From positions 10,756 to 74,755 of the forward strand of contig CALOFD010000013.1 in assembly GCA_942492505.1 (NCBI GenBank): a DNA stretch of 64,000 bases, written 5' to 3'. The stretch is from Thermoanaerobaculia bacterium. GTDB taxonomy: Bacteria; Acidobacteriota; Thermoanaerobaculia; Multivoradales; Multivoraceae. Shown piece by piece: positions 52,672-63,171 of the stretch (position 1 is the first letter of the stretch; each line of letters begins with the position of its first letter). The notes beneath the pieces are model-generated. The model did no database searches, had not been told where the DNA came from, and saw nothing but the letters and a program-made list of their open reading frames with translations. The translations under genes were made by a program, and so were the position numbers.

Positions 52672-54096
52672 ATGATGACCGGACCGCAGACCCTGTTCGA
52701 GAAGATCTGGGATCGACACGTCCTGCCCGGTAGCGGTCAGGACGGATTGCCGCATCTGCTCTACATCGACCTCCATCTGGTCCACGAGGTGACGTCGCCC
52801 CAGGCCTTCGCCGAACTCGACCGCAGAGGCCTGAAGGTTCGCCGGCCGTCGCAGACCCTGGCCACGATGGATCATTCGACCCCGACCACCACGGGAATGA
52901 CCCGGTCCGAACTGAAGGTGCTCGACCCGATGGGCTCCGCGCAGCTCGATCAACTGGCCGAGAACTGTCGGCGGCACGGCATCCGGTTGTTCGAACTGGG
53001 AGATTCGAACCAGGGCATCGTCCACGTCATCGGCCCCGAGCAGGGGCTGACGCAACCCGGCATGACGGTGGTGTGCGGTGACAGCCACACGTCGACCCAC
53101 GGGGCTTTCGGGGCCCTGGCCTTCGGCATCGGCACCAGCGAAGTGGGGCACGTCCTGGCGACCCAGTGCCTGCTCCAGCACAAGCCCGCGAGCTTCGAAG
53201 TCCGGGTCGACGGCGCGCTCGGCGACTCGGTGACGGCCAAGGACGTGATTCTCTACATCATCTCCCGGCTCGGCATCGAGGGCGGCACCGGGAGCGTTTT
53301 CGAGTACCGCGGAGAGGCGATCCGCTCGCTCGACATGGAAGGCCGGATGACGGTGTGCAACATGTCGATCGAAGGCGGAGCGCGGGCGGGAATCATCGCT
53401 CCGGACCAGGTCACCTTCGACTACGTCGAGGGAAGGCCGTACGCTCCACAGGGCTCGGCCTTCGAGGCCGCCGTCGAGGACTGGAAGACCTTGAAGACCG
53501 ACGCGGGGGCGGTCTTCGACAAGACGGTCGCCTTCGACGCCGCGCAGATCGCTCCAATGGTCACCTGGGGCACGAACCCCGGGATGGCCGCCTCGATCCG
53601 CGACCGGGTGCCCGAACTCGGCGATGTCGAGGAGGGAGCCCGAGAATCGTTGCGCAAGGCTCTCGACTACATGGCCCTCGAGCCGGGCGAGGAGCTTCTC
53701 GGCCGCAAGGTCGACGTCGTCTTCGTCGGCAGCTGCACCAACTCGCGGATCTCCGACCTGAGGGCCGCCGCTGCGGTGCTCGACGGTCGCCGCGTGGCCT
53801 CGGGCGTTCGGATGCTGGTGGTCCCCGGGTCGCAGAACATCAAGCGTCAGGCCGAGGAGGAGCACCTCGACGAGGTCTTCCGTGCGGCCGGCGCCGAGTG
53901 GCGGGAGGCCGGGTGCTCGATGTGCCTCGCGATGAACGAGGATCGTCTCGAACCGGGCCAGTACGCCGTTTCGACCAGCAATCGCAACTTCGAGGGCCGA
54001 CAGGGCGCCGGCGGCCGCACCTTCCTGGCGAGCCCGTTGACGGCGGCCGCCTCGGCGGTCCGCGGCCACCTCGCCGACGTCCGGGAACTGGTGTGA
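52672..54096 (+). CDS. leuC: 3-isopropylmalate dehydratase large subunit
   Basis: 474 aa; aconitase-family motifs ([43 protein letters not shown]). Confidence 0.96.
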   Translation: MMTGPQTLFEKIWDRHVLPGSGQDGLPHLLYIDLHLVHEVTSPQAFAELDRRGLKVRRPSQTLATMDHSTPTTTGMTRSELKVLDPMGSAQLDQLAENCRRHGIRLFELGDSNQGIVHVIGPEQGLTQPGMTVVCGDSHTSTHGAFGALAFGIGTSEVGHVLATQCLLQHKPASFEVRVDGALGDSVTAKDVILYIISRLGIEGGTGSVFEYRGEAIRSLDMEGRMTVCNMSIEGGARAGIIAPDQVTFDYVEGRPYAPQGSAFEAAVEDWKTLKTDAGAVFDKTVAFDAAQIAPMVTWGTNPGMAASIRDRVPELGDVEEGARESLRKALDYMALEPGEELLGRKVDVVFVGSCTNSRISDLRAAAAVLDGRRVASGVRMLVVPGSQNIKRQAEEEHLDEVFRAAGAEWREAGCSMCLAMNEDRLEPGQYAVSTSNRNFEGRQGAGGRTFLASPLTAAASAVRGHLADVRELV

Positions 54097-54107
54097 GGAG
54101 GGAGCCG

Positions 54108-54716
54108 ATGAGTCGTTTCTCAGCGTTCGATGCCCGTGCCGTCCCGCTGCCGGTGCGCAACATCGACACCGACCAGATCATTCCTGCGAAGTACCTCAAG
54201 GTCACCAACCGTGAAGGCCTCGGCGAGGGCCTGTTCTCGCGCTGGCGGGTCGACGACGCCGGTGAGCCGAGAGCCGACTTCGCCCTCAATCGGCCCGAGT
54301 ACGCCGACGCCGAGATCCTGGTTGCCGGTGACAACTTCGGTTGCGGCAGCTCGCGGGAGCATGCGCCGTGGGCGCTGCTGGACTACGGTTTCAAGGCGGT
54401 GATCTCGAGCGGCTTCGCCGACATCTTCCGCAACAACTCGCTGAAGAACGGGCTGCTGGTGATCGAGGTCGAGCCTGCGGTCCTCGACCGTCTGATGAAG
54501 GCGATCAGCGACGATCCCGAGACCCGGATCGGCGTCGATCTCGAGTCGAGAACGCTGGCGCTGCCGTGGGGTGAGTCGATTTCCTTCGAGATCGATTCGT
54601 TCTCCCGCCAGTGTCTGCTCGACGGGGTCGATCAGTTGGGCTATCTGGTCGATCGGATCGGGGAGATCGAGGCCTTCGAGAAGCAGCATCCGGCGCGAGT
54701 CGAAACGGCTTCCTGA
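54108..54716 (+). CDS. leuD: 3-isopropylmalate dehydratase small subunit
   Basis: ATG at 54108; ...NIDTDQIIPAKYL...GDNFGCGSSREHAPWAL (202 aa). Confidence 0.94.
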   Translation: MSRFSAFDARAVPLPVRNIDTDQIIPAKYLKVTNREGLGEGLFSRWRVDDAGEPRADFALNRPEYADAEILVAGDNFGCGSSREHAPWALLDYGFKAVISSGFADIFRNNSLKNGLLVIEVEPAVLDRLMKAISDDPETRIGVDLESRTLALPWGESISFEIDSFSRQCLLDGVDQLGYLVDRIGEIEAFEKQHPARVETAS

Positions 54717-54741
54717 AGTCCGATGAAACCAAGGAGATACC

Positions 54742-55816
54742 GTGTCTGAGTCCCTCGTAGTGCTCCTGCCTGGAGATGGTGTCGGAGCGGAAGTCCTGGC
54801 CGAGGCGCGTCGAGTACTCGAGTGCGTCGCTGGCGAGCAGCGACCTGTCTCTCGAGTTCGAGGAGGCATCGATCGGCGGATGCGCGATCGACGCCGAGGG
54901 GACCCCGCTTCCCGAGGCCACCCTGGATCTGTGCCGGCGAGCCGATGCGGCTTTTCTGGGGGCCGTCGGCGGTCCCAAATGGTCGGATCCGACAGCGGCG
55001 GTTCGCCCCGAGCAGGGGCTCCTGGCCCTGCGCAAGGAGTTCGATCTCTTCGCCAACCTGCGGCCGGTTCCCGTCTTCCCCTCGCTGGTCGATCATGCGC
55101 CGCTACGCAGGGAGCTGCTCGCAGGCGTCGACATTCTCTTCGTTCGCGAGTTGACAGGCGGCCTCTACTTCGGTGAGCGCAAGGAGCAGGGCGACGGGCA
55201 GGACGCCTACGACACCATGGCCTACAGCGTTCCGGAGGTCGAACGCGTGGCTCGAGTCGCCTTCGAGGCGGCTCGCCTGCGCGACCGTCGCCTGACCTCG
55301 GTGGACAAGGCCAACGTGCTGGCTTCGATGCGGCTGTGGCGGCGGGTGGTCGATGCGGTCGCCGCCGAATATCCCGACGTCGAAGTGGAGCATGTTCTCG
55401 TCGACGCCTGCGCGATGCACCTGATGAAGAGGCCGTCGACGTTCGACGTCGTCCTGTGCGGCAACCTCTTCGGCGACATCCTGAGCGACGAGGCCTCGAT
55501 CCTGGCGGGTTCGCTGGGAATGCTGCCGTCGGCGTCGATCGGATCGGGAACCTTCGGTCTCTACGAACCGGTGCACGGCTCGGCTCCCGACATCGCCGGA
55601 CAGGGAATCGCCAACCCGCTGGGAGCGATCCTGTCGGCAGCCATGATGCTGCGCTACTCCTTCGGCAGGGAGGGCGAGGCGCGTTCGATCGAGAACGCGG
55701 TCGCCGCCGCCCTCGAGGCCGGCTTCAGGACTCCGGACCTGGCCGCCGGCAGCATGTCGGTGGGGACCGGTGAGATGACCGAGGCGGTGCTGGAGCGGCT
55801 CGATCAGGAATCGTAG
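54742..55816 (+). CDS. leuB: 3-isopropylmalate dehydrogenase, frame-disrupted as written (one extra nt near 54835-54842)
   Basis: GTG at 54742 gives [56 protein letters not shown]...[12 protein letters not shown]...[14 protein letters not shown] continues in the +1 frame. 1075 nt minus 1 gives 358 codons. Confidence 0.88.
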
Positions 55817-57807
55817 AAGACGTTCTCTGCGCCCTGCTCGCTGGCGATCCGGTCGACGTGCGCCAGCAGGGCGTCCCAGCGCTCGAACAGGGCCTTGAGT
55901 TCGATCGGCGTCAGGTAGGGCTTGAGGCGGGCGGTGAGGGCGTCGCGGTCGGTGTTGCGCATGGTGTCGACGATCTGACGGCTGGCCTGGTTGATGGCAG
56001 CGATTCGCTCTTCATCCTCTTCGGTGAAGAAGGTGCGGGTGTGGTCGATCAACCAGATCTTCCAGTCCGCGGTGATGAGCGTATTGCCCTCGTTGCGATC
56101 CTGGTTGTTGACGAGAGCGTCGAAGAACTTTCGCCCCAGGAGCTGCTTGACGTAGGGACCCGGTTGGGGGGGCGTCAGGCCCTGCTCGAGAATGTCGGCT
56201 TCGCGCTGGGCGTTCTCGACCCAGGCCTGCAGGGAGCCGGTCTTGCCGGCCACCCTGTGCATCATGGTGGGTGGAACCATGTGGAGTCCGAGGGCCTCGC
56301 TGAGTTCGTAGGCTGCGCACTCGTAGATGTAGGAATCCTTGAAATAGCGGTAGAAGCGACCGTTGGGCCCCTGCTGGTTCTGCCAGACGGTCTCGGAGGT
56401 TCTCAGGATGGCTCGTGCCTGGACCCCGTCGGCCTCGAAGGTGTACCGGACGGGGCTGTTGATGCCGGTCGCGATCACCTTCTGGTCGACGATCTTCGCC
56501 TCTTTCAGGAAGTCGAGGAATTCTTCTGGAGTGGAGAAGGGCAGGGGGTCGCCCGAACGACCGGGCCATGACCACCCGGACACGACTGAGGCCTGCGCCG
56601 TGTCCGACTCGGTCTTGCCTGGCTCGGACCGATGGAGGACTTCCCTGCTGCCGTCCGGGTAGATTGCCGTGAAGGTGCCGTCGACGATCTCGAGCGCACT
56701 GGCGTTGCCGCCATAGAAGCTCGACAGCATTCCTGTGTCGATGATGAAGATGCGTCCGTCGAAGCGCGGCAGGATCTTGCCGTTGAGCTGCGGCGTGTGC
56801 CCGACCACGACGTGCTCGACCGACTGGAGGTCGAGGACGGCTTCGATGTGCTCGAGCCCGTCGTCGCCGTTCCAGCCGGTACTGCGATCGGCGTTGAAGT
56901 AGTAGTCGCGAAGCCAGAGGGGGCCGCTCTCGCTCAGGACGAACCAGTCCTGATATCCCTCACACTGCTCGAGCACGCCGAGAGCCGCGGCCTCGGGTGG
57001 TTTGAGAGAGGAGGGGTTGCGTTGGCGGAATCGCTCGAGGACCGCCGTCCCGGCCTGGATCATGTCTCCGGCCGGAGAACTCTCGGCCAGGTAGCCGAGG
57101 TTCTCGAGGTGATGGTGACAGGCGTCGGCGGCCGAGATCTCCCACTGGGCCCTGGTGTTGATGTCGGCGATCGGCAGTGCGGCGGTAGTTTCGTTGAGGC
57201 CGCCGTGCAGGAAGATCGTGTCGCCCACCTTGGCGACCGCCGGCAGGGTCCGGAGCCAGGCGCCGTAGTTGCCGTCGGCGGCCAGGTCGCGGATGTAGTT
57301 CAGCGAGCCGGGTGGATTCTGTTCGAGCCAATTCGCCTGGTGCCCAGGGCTGCCGGCGCCGCTCTGACGTCCCAGCAGTCCGTCGAGCTTGCGTGCCGCC
57401 TTGGCGACGGAGCGGAACTCGGCCGACCGATTCTCGCCTCCCGTCGCCCAGTCGGAGTAGCTGGCGAGGCCGACGTCGCGTCGCTGCAGGAGCAGGTTCA
57501 TCGCTTCGTGATTGCCGAGCAACGCGATCACTCTGCCTCCCTGTTGGGGAGCCTCCTCCTGGAGGCGCATCATGAGGTCGAGGACGGGGCGCGTGCGACT
57601 GCCGCGGTCGAGCAGGTCGCCGGTCTGGACGAACGTGGTGTCGCCTCCACTCCAATGGAGATCGGCGTCGATCAAACCGGCGGTCTGGAGGATTCCGATG
57701 AAGGCGTCGTAGTCGCCGTGGACGTCACCGATGGCGACGACCCGTTCTGCGAGGGTCGCAGCGGGTAGCAGCAGCCCGAGGGCGGCAGCCAGGACCAGGC
57801 GTTTCAT
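55804..57807 (-). CDS. Secreted PPP/calcineurin-like metallophosphatase fused to a C-terminal kinase-like (PI3/PI4K or HipA-like catalytic-loop) domain
   Basis: 667 aa; signal peptide [20 protein letters not shown]; GDVHGD, GDLLDRG, GNHE. The C-terminal region has [12 protein letters not shown] ... WLIDHTRTF. The 3' end overlaps leuB by 13 nt (convergent). Confidence 0.8.
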   Translation of the reverse strand: MKRLVLAAALGLLLPAATLAERVVAIGDVHGDYDAFIGILQTAGLIDADLHWSGGDTTFVQTGDLLDRGSRTRPVLDLMMRLQEEAPQQGGRVIALLGNHEAMNLLLQRRDVGLASYSDWATGGENRSAEFRSVAKAARKLDGLLGRQSGAGSPGHQANWLEQNPPGSLNYIRDLAADGNYGAWLRTLPAVAKVGDTIFLHGGLNETTAALPIADINTRAQWEISAADACHHHLENLGYLAESSPAGDMIQAGTAVLERFRQRNPSSLKPPEAAALGVLEQCEGYQDWFVLSESGPLWLRDYYFNADRSTGWNGDDGLEHIEAVLDLQSVEHVVVGHTPQLNGKILPRFDGRIFIIDTGMLSSFYGGNASALEIVDGTFTAIYPDGSREVLHRSEPGKTESDTAQASVVSGWSWPGRSGDPLPFSTPEEFLDFLKEAKIVDQKVIATGINSPVRYTFEADGVQARAILRTSETVWQNQQGPNGRFYRYFKDSYIYECAAYELSEALGLHMVPPTMMHRVAGKTGSLQAWVENAQREADILEQGLTPPQPGPYVKQLLGRKFFDALVNNQDRNEGNTLITADWKIWLIDHTRTFFTEEDEERIAAINQASRQIVDTMRNTDRDALTARLKPYLTPIELKALFERWDALLAHVDRIASEQGAENVFYDS

Positions 57808-58250
57808 TCCCCTGCGCCGATCTGCTGTTTCTGCAGGATCTCCCTGAAGAGTGCCCGCACGATGTCGATGTTGTTCGAAAGAAGGTCGAAGAAATCGTCG
57901 GCTTCGATGGCCAGGACGGTGGTCGGCTTGGCTGCCGTGGCGCTGACGCTGCGCAACCGGCCGGAGAGGATCCCGAGGACTCCGAAGGTCTCGCCGGGTC
58001 GGGCCTTGCGATCGGAACCATCGCCGTGGTCGAGACCGACCTCGCCTTCGACCACGCAGTAGAGCGCGTCGGCGGGGTCGTTGACCTCGTAGATGGTGTC
58101 GCCGGCTTCGAACCGTCGTTCACCGGCGATGGCCGCGATCCGGATGACCTCCTCCGCGCGGCAGTGCGCGAACGGCGCCGCCCCGCGCAGCAGGATGACT
58201 TTCTCGATCTGGGCGAGTTCGTTGATGGCAGCTCCGGCTTGTTCGCTCAT
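57804..58250 (-). CDS. Cyclic nucleotide-binding domain protein
   Basis: ATG at 58250 overlaps the hemH stop; 148 aa; FEAGDTIYEVNDPADALYCVVEGEV...GETFGVLGILSGRLRSVSATA. Confidence 0.8.
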   Translation of the reverse strand: MSEQAGAAINELAQIEKVILLRGAAPFAHCRAEEVIRIAAIAGERRFEAGDTIYEVNDPADALYCVVEGEVGLDHGDGSDRKARPGETFGVLGILSGRLRSVSATAAKPTTVLAIEADDFFDLLSNNIDIVRALFREILQKQQIGAGE

Positions 58251-59305
58251 GACAGTTCCACTCCCGACAAGGCGGTTCCTTCCCGGACGATATCGACCAG
58301 CGCGTCCACCCACGGATCGCCGTCGTTGAGGGACGGAACCAGATAGAGATCCTCGCCTCCCGCTTCGATGAAATCCTCGCGTGCTCGCATGGCCAGTTCC
58401 TCCAGGGTTTCGAGGCAGTCTGCCACGAAGGCCGGCGACAGCACCGCGACCCTCTGGACTCCGGCACGAGCCAGCTGCGGCACGACTTCGTCGGTGTAGG
58501 GACGAATCCACGGGTCTCTACCCAGCCTCGATTGAAAGGTAACCTGGTAGCTGTCGGGTGGAATTCCGGCCAGTGCGGCGATGCCGCGTGCGGTGGCGAA
58601 GCACTGGGCGCGGTAGCAGTTGCGATTCGCGGGCCCGATCGACTCGCAGCAATCCGCACTCTGCAGGCAGTGGGATCCCTCGAGTCCACCGGTGTCGTCA
58701 CTCTTGCGCACCTGTCGTTCGGGCAGTCCGTGAAAGCTCATCAGCCAGAAGTCGGGCCGGAACTCATCGCGAACCCGGCGTGCGGTCTCGGAGAAGGCTT
58801 CGAGGAACCCTGGGTGGTCGTAGAACGGAGGCACGACCTGCAACGCCGGGACGTTCCAGCGACTGCCCGCTTCGGCGAACAGCTTCTCGACGGCCGAGCC
58901 CCAGGCGGAGGAGGAGTACTGTGGGAACAGGGGGACGGCGACGATTTGGTCGACTCCCTGCTGCTGGAAGCGGTCCAGGGCTTCAGAGATGGACGGGTTC
59001 TGGTAGCGCATGGCGAACTCGACGGCGACGGCGTCGCCGAATCGAGCGGCCATCCGGTCGGCGAGGCGCTGGGTGTAGACCAGCAGGGGAGATCCTTCCT
59101 TCCACCAGATCTGGCGGTAGGCCTCGGCCGATTTCTGGGGCCTGAAGGGCAGGATGAACAGGTTCAGGACCAGGCTGCGCTGCAGGGCGGGGATGTCGAG
59201 AACCCTCGGATCCGAGAGGAACTCGCGCAGATACGTTCGCACCGGCGCGGTTTCCGGTGCGTCCGGGGTGCCGAGGTTGATCAGGAGGAGGCCGTGGCGT
59301 TTCAT
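58247..59305 (-). CDS. hemH: Ferrochelatase
   Basis: 352 aa; GLLLINLGTPDAP...YLREFLSDPRV...PLFPQYSSS...SFHGLP. Confidence 0.93.
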   Translation of the reverse strand: MKRHGLLLINLGTPDAPETAPVRTYLREFLSDPRVLDIPALQRSLVLNLFILPFRPQKSAEAYRQIWWKEGSPLLVYTQRLADRMAARFGDAVAVEFAMRYQNPSISEALDRFQQQGVDQIVAVPLFPQYSSSAWGSAVEKLFAEAGSRWNVPALQVVPPFYDHPGFLEAFSETARRVRDEFRPDFWLMSFHGLPERQVRKSDDTGGLEGSHCLQSADCCESIGPANRNCYRAQCFATARGIAALAGIPPDSYQVTFQSRLGRDPWIRPYTDEVVPQLARAGVQRVAVLSPAFVADCLETLEELAMRAREDFIEAGGEDLYLVPSLNDGDPWVDALVDIVREGTALSGVELS

Positions 59306-59361
59306 GGGACTGACTCTTCAGCTTAGCAGCGCCAGAGCAGGGGACCGCCGGCTCCTGCGGG

Positions 59362-62205
59362 TCATGCGACCGGCATCGAACGAAACACCCAGAGGGCCGA
59401 TTCCTGGATCAGCGGGCGTGACTCATCGATGGTGAGGTCCTGCACCAGCGGGAAGAGTCCTTCGACCCGGTCTCGACGGATGACCTCGATCGCCGCGATC
59501 CCGATCCACATCGCCACCGAGTCGTCGTGCGGCGCACTCTCGATCAGGCGCTTCAGGGTCGAGTTGCGATCGGTTCGTTCGATTTCGAAGAGTCGACTCG
59601 CCTCCGCGAGTCGTTGTTCGGTCGAGACCTCGTCGGCGACCGCCAGGACCTGGTGGCGGATCGTCCCTTCGAGAGAATTGTGGAGGTACTCGAGGGCGTT
59701 GCCGCGCAGCCGTTTGTCGGTGCTCTGCAGTTGCTCGTAGGCCGTCGAACTCTCTCTGCGCGGGTGAACCAACGACAGCAGGGCGAAGAGGTTGTCGATG
59801 TGTTCGGTCAGCCGATCGATCAGGAGCTGTTGCAGGAGATTGGGGTTCTGGTCCGACATCCAGCGGGCCAGGACCCCATCGATGGCCAACTCTCCGTGCG
59901 AGGACAGGGTCGAGAGATCGGCCAGGGTGTTCAGGTACAGGCGGGACTGTTCGACGATGTGGGGTTCGATGGCGACCGCATCCCAGGTGGCGTCGGGACG
60001 ACTCTCACGGATCGACACGAGGGCCTGGATGATCTTTCGCTTGAGATAGAAGTCGCTGGTCGCCAGGCTGTTGGTGAGCGACTGCCGGGCGCGTTCGTCG
60101 TCGAATCGCGCGAGGGTCTTCGGCAGCGCGCGCCGCACCCAGAGATTCTCTTCGACGTCGTTCATGAAGTGGTTCAGCAGGGGAATGACGCCGGGGCCGC
60201 TCGAAACCAGGGCTTCGCGGGCCTCGTGCTTGAGTCGACGGTCGTGCAGCAGGGAGATCAGGACCGGTGCGAAGATCCGCAGGTCTTCCTTGTTGTCGGC
60301 GCGAAGCCGCACGCTGGCGATCGCCTCCCGGGCGACCTCGACATCGGCGTCGGAGAGCAGCTGGAGGAGGCTGTAGTGGGTGGATTCGCCCAGCACCACG
60401 CCGAGGGCCCGAGCCGCCGCCTTGCGCGCCGACGGATCCGCGTCGCTGCGCAGATCGTCGAGGACGCTTTCGGCTTCTTTGCGCAGCTCCGGGTCGTCGA
60501 GCTGCATGAGGCAGACGACGGCGGTCGAGCGGAGTCGGGGATCCGGGTCCTTGAGTCGCGGCAGCATGATCTCGGGGCGGCCGCTCTCGGACAGCAGGCT
60601 GAGGGTGCGAAGCGCCTCCGCTCGCACCTCGGCGTCATTGTCGGAGAGGGTTTCCTGGACCAGCGAGACCGCATCGCCGCGGTGGGCCCGGTGGAGGGCC
60701 CGCAACGTCGCGAGGCGGATCTTGGGGTCGTCGTGGCGCAGCAGGATCGGAGGTACGAGTTGGCCGCGTCCCTGCATGTCGAGGATCTCGATGGCGTGCA
60801 GGACCTGGTTGGAATCCGTGCTGCCGATCGAGCGCATCAGGGCTTCGAGTGTGTAGGTGTCGGAGAGGTCGAGCGTGTCCTCGGGGTCGATCTCACGATC
60901 GAGGAGCCCCTGTCGGAAAGCGGCGATGTAGTGACGGTTGGCGTAACCCGCCTGGACGATCCACAGGCCGACGAGAGCGAGGGCCATCCAACCCGCCTGG
61001 ATCGGCGTGATCCACCCGAAGGTGACGGTCAGGAGCAGGACCGCCGAGAGGCTCTTGGAGAAGCGCTGGACGAGAACGTCGATGTAGGCCTTGACCTTGG
61101 ATCGAATCGTCGCCGGAACCGGCACGAAGAGCAGTTCGCGGGTTCCCTGGTCGAGCGAGTAGCGAACCGCGTTCTCGGCGATCTTGACCGCGGCGACGGT
61201 CGCGACGAGGAAGGCCGGCAGTGCGGCTGAAACGAACAGGGTTACCAGGAGACCGACGCCGAGAGTCACGGGCAGGACCCGCATGGCGGTGCCGATGCCG
61301 AGTTGCCGGTGAACGCGGGACGTGACGAGGAGTTGGAACAGGAACGCCGACAGTCCCATGAGGCTGTAGAGGTTGCCGAAGAGCGCCGTTCTCCCCGTCA
61401 GGTTGTCGGTGGCGTTCTCGATCACGTAGTTGAACTGGAGGTCGATGATCTGGGCGACCAGGATCGACACCACCATCAGCCCGGCGATGCTCTTGAGGTG
61501 GGGGGACTGGAGAATGAGATGAAGGGCTCCGCCCGGATCCTGGCGTTCCTTGCGCTCGTCCTCTTCGCCGCGCTCAACCAGGTAGGAACGCATGATCGGG
61601 ACCAGGGCCACCATTCCGGCCAGCAGGACGATGTTCGACAGCAGCGTGGCGCGAGTGTCGAAGCTCTCCGATGCGATTCGAGCCAGCTGGCCGCCGAGGA
61701 TGCCTCCGAAGAGGCCGCCGGAGAGAACGAAGGCGAAGAGACGCCGCGCCTGGCGCGCGTCGAGGACCTGGTTGGCGAAGGTCCAGAACTGGCTCACCAG
61801 CATCACCGTGACGATCGAGATCCAGATGTAGAAGGAAAAGCTGATCCACGGCGAGGAGAAGCCCATCAGCCAGTAGAAGAGCAGGAGCGAACTCGCCACG
61901 AGACCGATCGAGAGGACGATCACGCGGTCCATCGCGACCCTGAGAGTGGCCTTCGAGTAGCCTCGAAGGATCGGATAGGCGAAAACGGCTACCAGGAAGT
62001 AGACGGCCGGCAGCCACTGGAAGCCGAGGGAGTCGACGAACGTCGATTGCCGAATGCTCTTGGAGGCGAACTGAAAAGCCCCCATCAGGAAGCAGTAGCC
62101 GAACAGCGCCGCCGCGACCTTCGTTTCCGAGGCCTGAACGGTGATTCCGAGTCGCGCAAGAACCAGCCAGAAGCCGGCTGCCTGATCGTCCTGGCGTGCG
62201 TTCAA
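59362..62205 (-). CDS. TLC/Npt-type (ATP:ADP antiporter family) membrane domain fused to a cytoplasmic HEAT-repeat domain
   Basis: 947 aa. About 12 TM segments with SQFWTFANQVLDARQARRLFAFVLSGGLFGGILGG (TLC-like), then repeated ...D.D..VR..A...L motifs typical of HEAT/PBS-lyase repeats. Confidence 0.8.
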   Translation of the reverse strand: MNARQDDQAAGFWLVLARLGITVQASETKVAAALFGYCFLMGAFQFASKSIRQSTFVDSLGFQWLPAVYFLVAVFAYPILRGYSKATLRVAMDRVIVLSIGLVASSLLLFYWLMGFSSPWISFSFYIWISIVTVMLVSQFWTFANQVLDARQARRLFAFVLSGGLFGGILGGQLARIASESFDTRATLLSNIVLLAGMVALVPIMRSYLVERGEEDERKERQDPGGALHLILQSPHLKSIAGLMVVSILVAQIIDLQFNYVIENATDNLTGRTALFGNLYSLMGLSAFLFQLLVTSRVHRQLGIGTAMRVLPVTLGVGLLVTLFVSAALPAFLVATVAAVKIAENAVRYSLDQGTRELLFVPVPATIRSKVKAYIDVLVQRFSKSLSAVLLLTVTFGWITPIQAGWMALALVGLWIVQAGYANRHYIAAFRQGLLDREIDPEDTLDLSDTYTLEALMRSIGSTDSNQVLHAIEILDMQGRGQLVPPILLRHDDPKIRLATLRALHRAHRGDAVSLVQETLSDNDAEVRAEALRTLSLLSESGRPEIMLPRLKDPDPRLRSTAVVCLMQLDDPELRKEAESVLDDLRSDADPSARKAAARALGVVLGESTHYSLLQLLSDADVEVAREAIASVRLRADNKEDLRIFAPVLISLLHDRRLKHEAREALVSSGPGVIPLLNHFMNDVEENLWVRRALPKTLARFDDERARQSLTNSLATSDFYLKRKIIQALVSIRESRPDATWDAVAIEPHIVEQSRLYLNTLADLSTLSSHGELAIDGVLARWMSDQNPNLLQQLLIDRLTEHIDNLFALLSLVHPRRESSTAYEQLQSTDKRLRGNALEYLHNSLEGTIRHQVLAVADEVSTEQRLAEASRLFEIERTDRNSTLKRLIESAPHDDSVAMWIGIAAIEVIRRDRVEGLFPLVQDLTIDESRPLIQESALWVFRSMPVA

Positions 62206-62352
62206 CTTCGGTCTCTCAGGGCGACGGATGCCGCAGGATTCCTGAGCTCGGTCGCAGCGGGCATTCGTAAAGGCAGAGGGCTCTGTTCAGGGTGGGGACG
62301 AACCCGAGGTTATCACGCTGGGCGGGGGTAAGATGAGGGCCTGGACTACCCC

Positions 62353-63171
62353 ATGAAGGCCCTTCCTCTCGAGTTTCTGGTGTCGCTGTTGGCCCTGGCG
62401 GCGATACCGTCGGGGGCTTGCGCCGTCGAAGACGAGGCCGTGGTTCTGGCCGCTGATCCGGGGACCGTAGTGCGCTGGCAGGCGGCGGGAACGACGCGCT
62501 GCGAGGGACGCTCCGAGACCTGGCCCGCAATCGGCGACACCTGCTACTTCCCGGTGGATCTGCTGGCGACGGGCAGCTACCAGATCGGCCGTTGGCGTGG
62601 CGGCGAACGGGAAACGGCGCGGATCGAGATCGGTGCCTATCCCTATCCGGAAGAGCACGTCGAGGTCGCCAGGAGCTACGTCGAACTGTCAGCGCAGGAT
62701 CTCGAGCGGTCGAATCGGGAGTCCGCCCGAATCGGTGCGCTGTGGAAGCTGGAATCGCCGGTGTCGTTCTCGCTGCCGCTCGCAGAGCCGCTGACCGACC
62801 TCCCCGCCGGTCGCAACTTCGGTACCCGAAGGTACTTCAACGGCGAACCGAGGAACCCGCACAGTGGAATCGACTACTCGGCAACGGTCGGGACTCCGGT
62901 TCTCGCCGTGTCCGACGGTACGGTGGCGCTGGCCGAGGACCACTTCTTCGGTGGCAAGACCGTGTTCATCGATCACGGTGGGGGCCTGATCAGCATGTCG
63001 ATGCACCTCTCCGAACTCAGCGTCGAGACCGGGCAGGCGGTGGTGCGAGGTCAGCAGATCGGCAGGGTCGGCGCCACCGGCAGGGTGAGCGGACCGCACC
63101 TCCACTTCGGATTTCGCTGGCACGGAGCGCGGATCGATCCGCGTGTGCTGCTGCCGGCTGCCGGCGACTAG
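62353..63171 (+). CDS. M23-family metallopeptidase (lysostaphin-like) with signal peptide
   Basis: PHSGIDYSA...GTVALAE...IDHGGGLISMSMHLS...TGRVSGPHLHFG. Confidence 0.88.
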   Translation: MKALPLEFLVSLLALAAIPSGACAVEDEAVVLAADPGTVVRWQAAGTTRCEGRSETWPAIGDTCYFPVDLLATGSYQIGRWRGGERETARIEIGAYPYPEEHVEVARSYVELSAQDLERSNRESARIGALWKLESPVSFSLPLAEPLTDLPAGRNFGTRRYFNGEPRNPHSGIDYSATVGTPVLAVSDGTVALAEDHFFGGKTVFIDHGGGLISMSMHLSELSVETGQAVVRGQQIGRVGATGRVSGPHLHFGFRWHGARIDPRVLLPAAGD

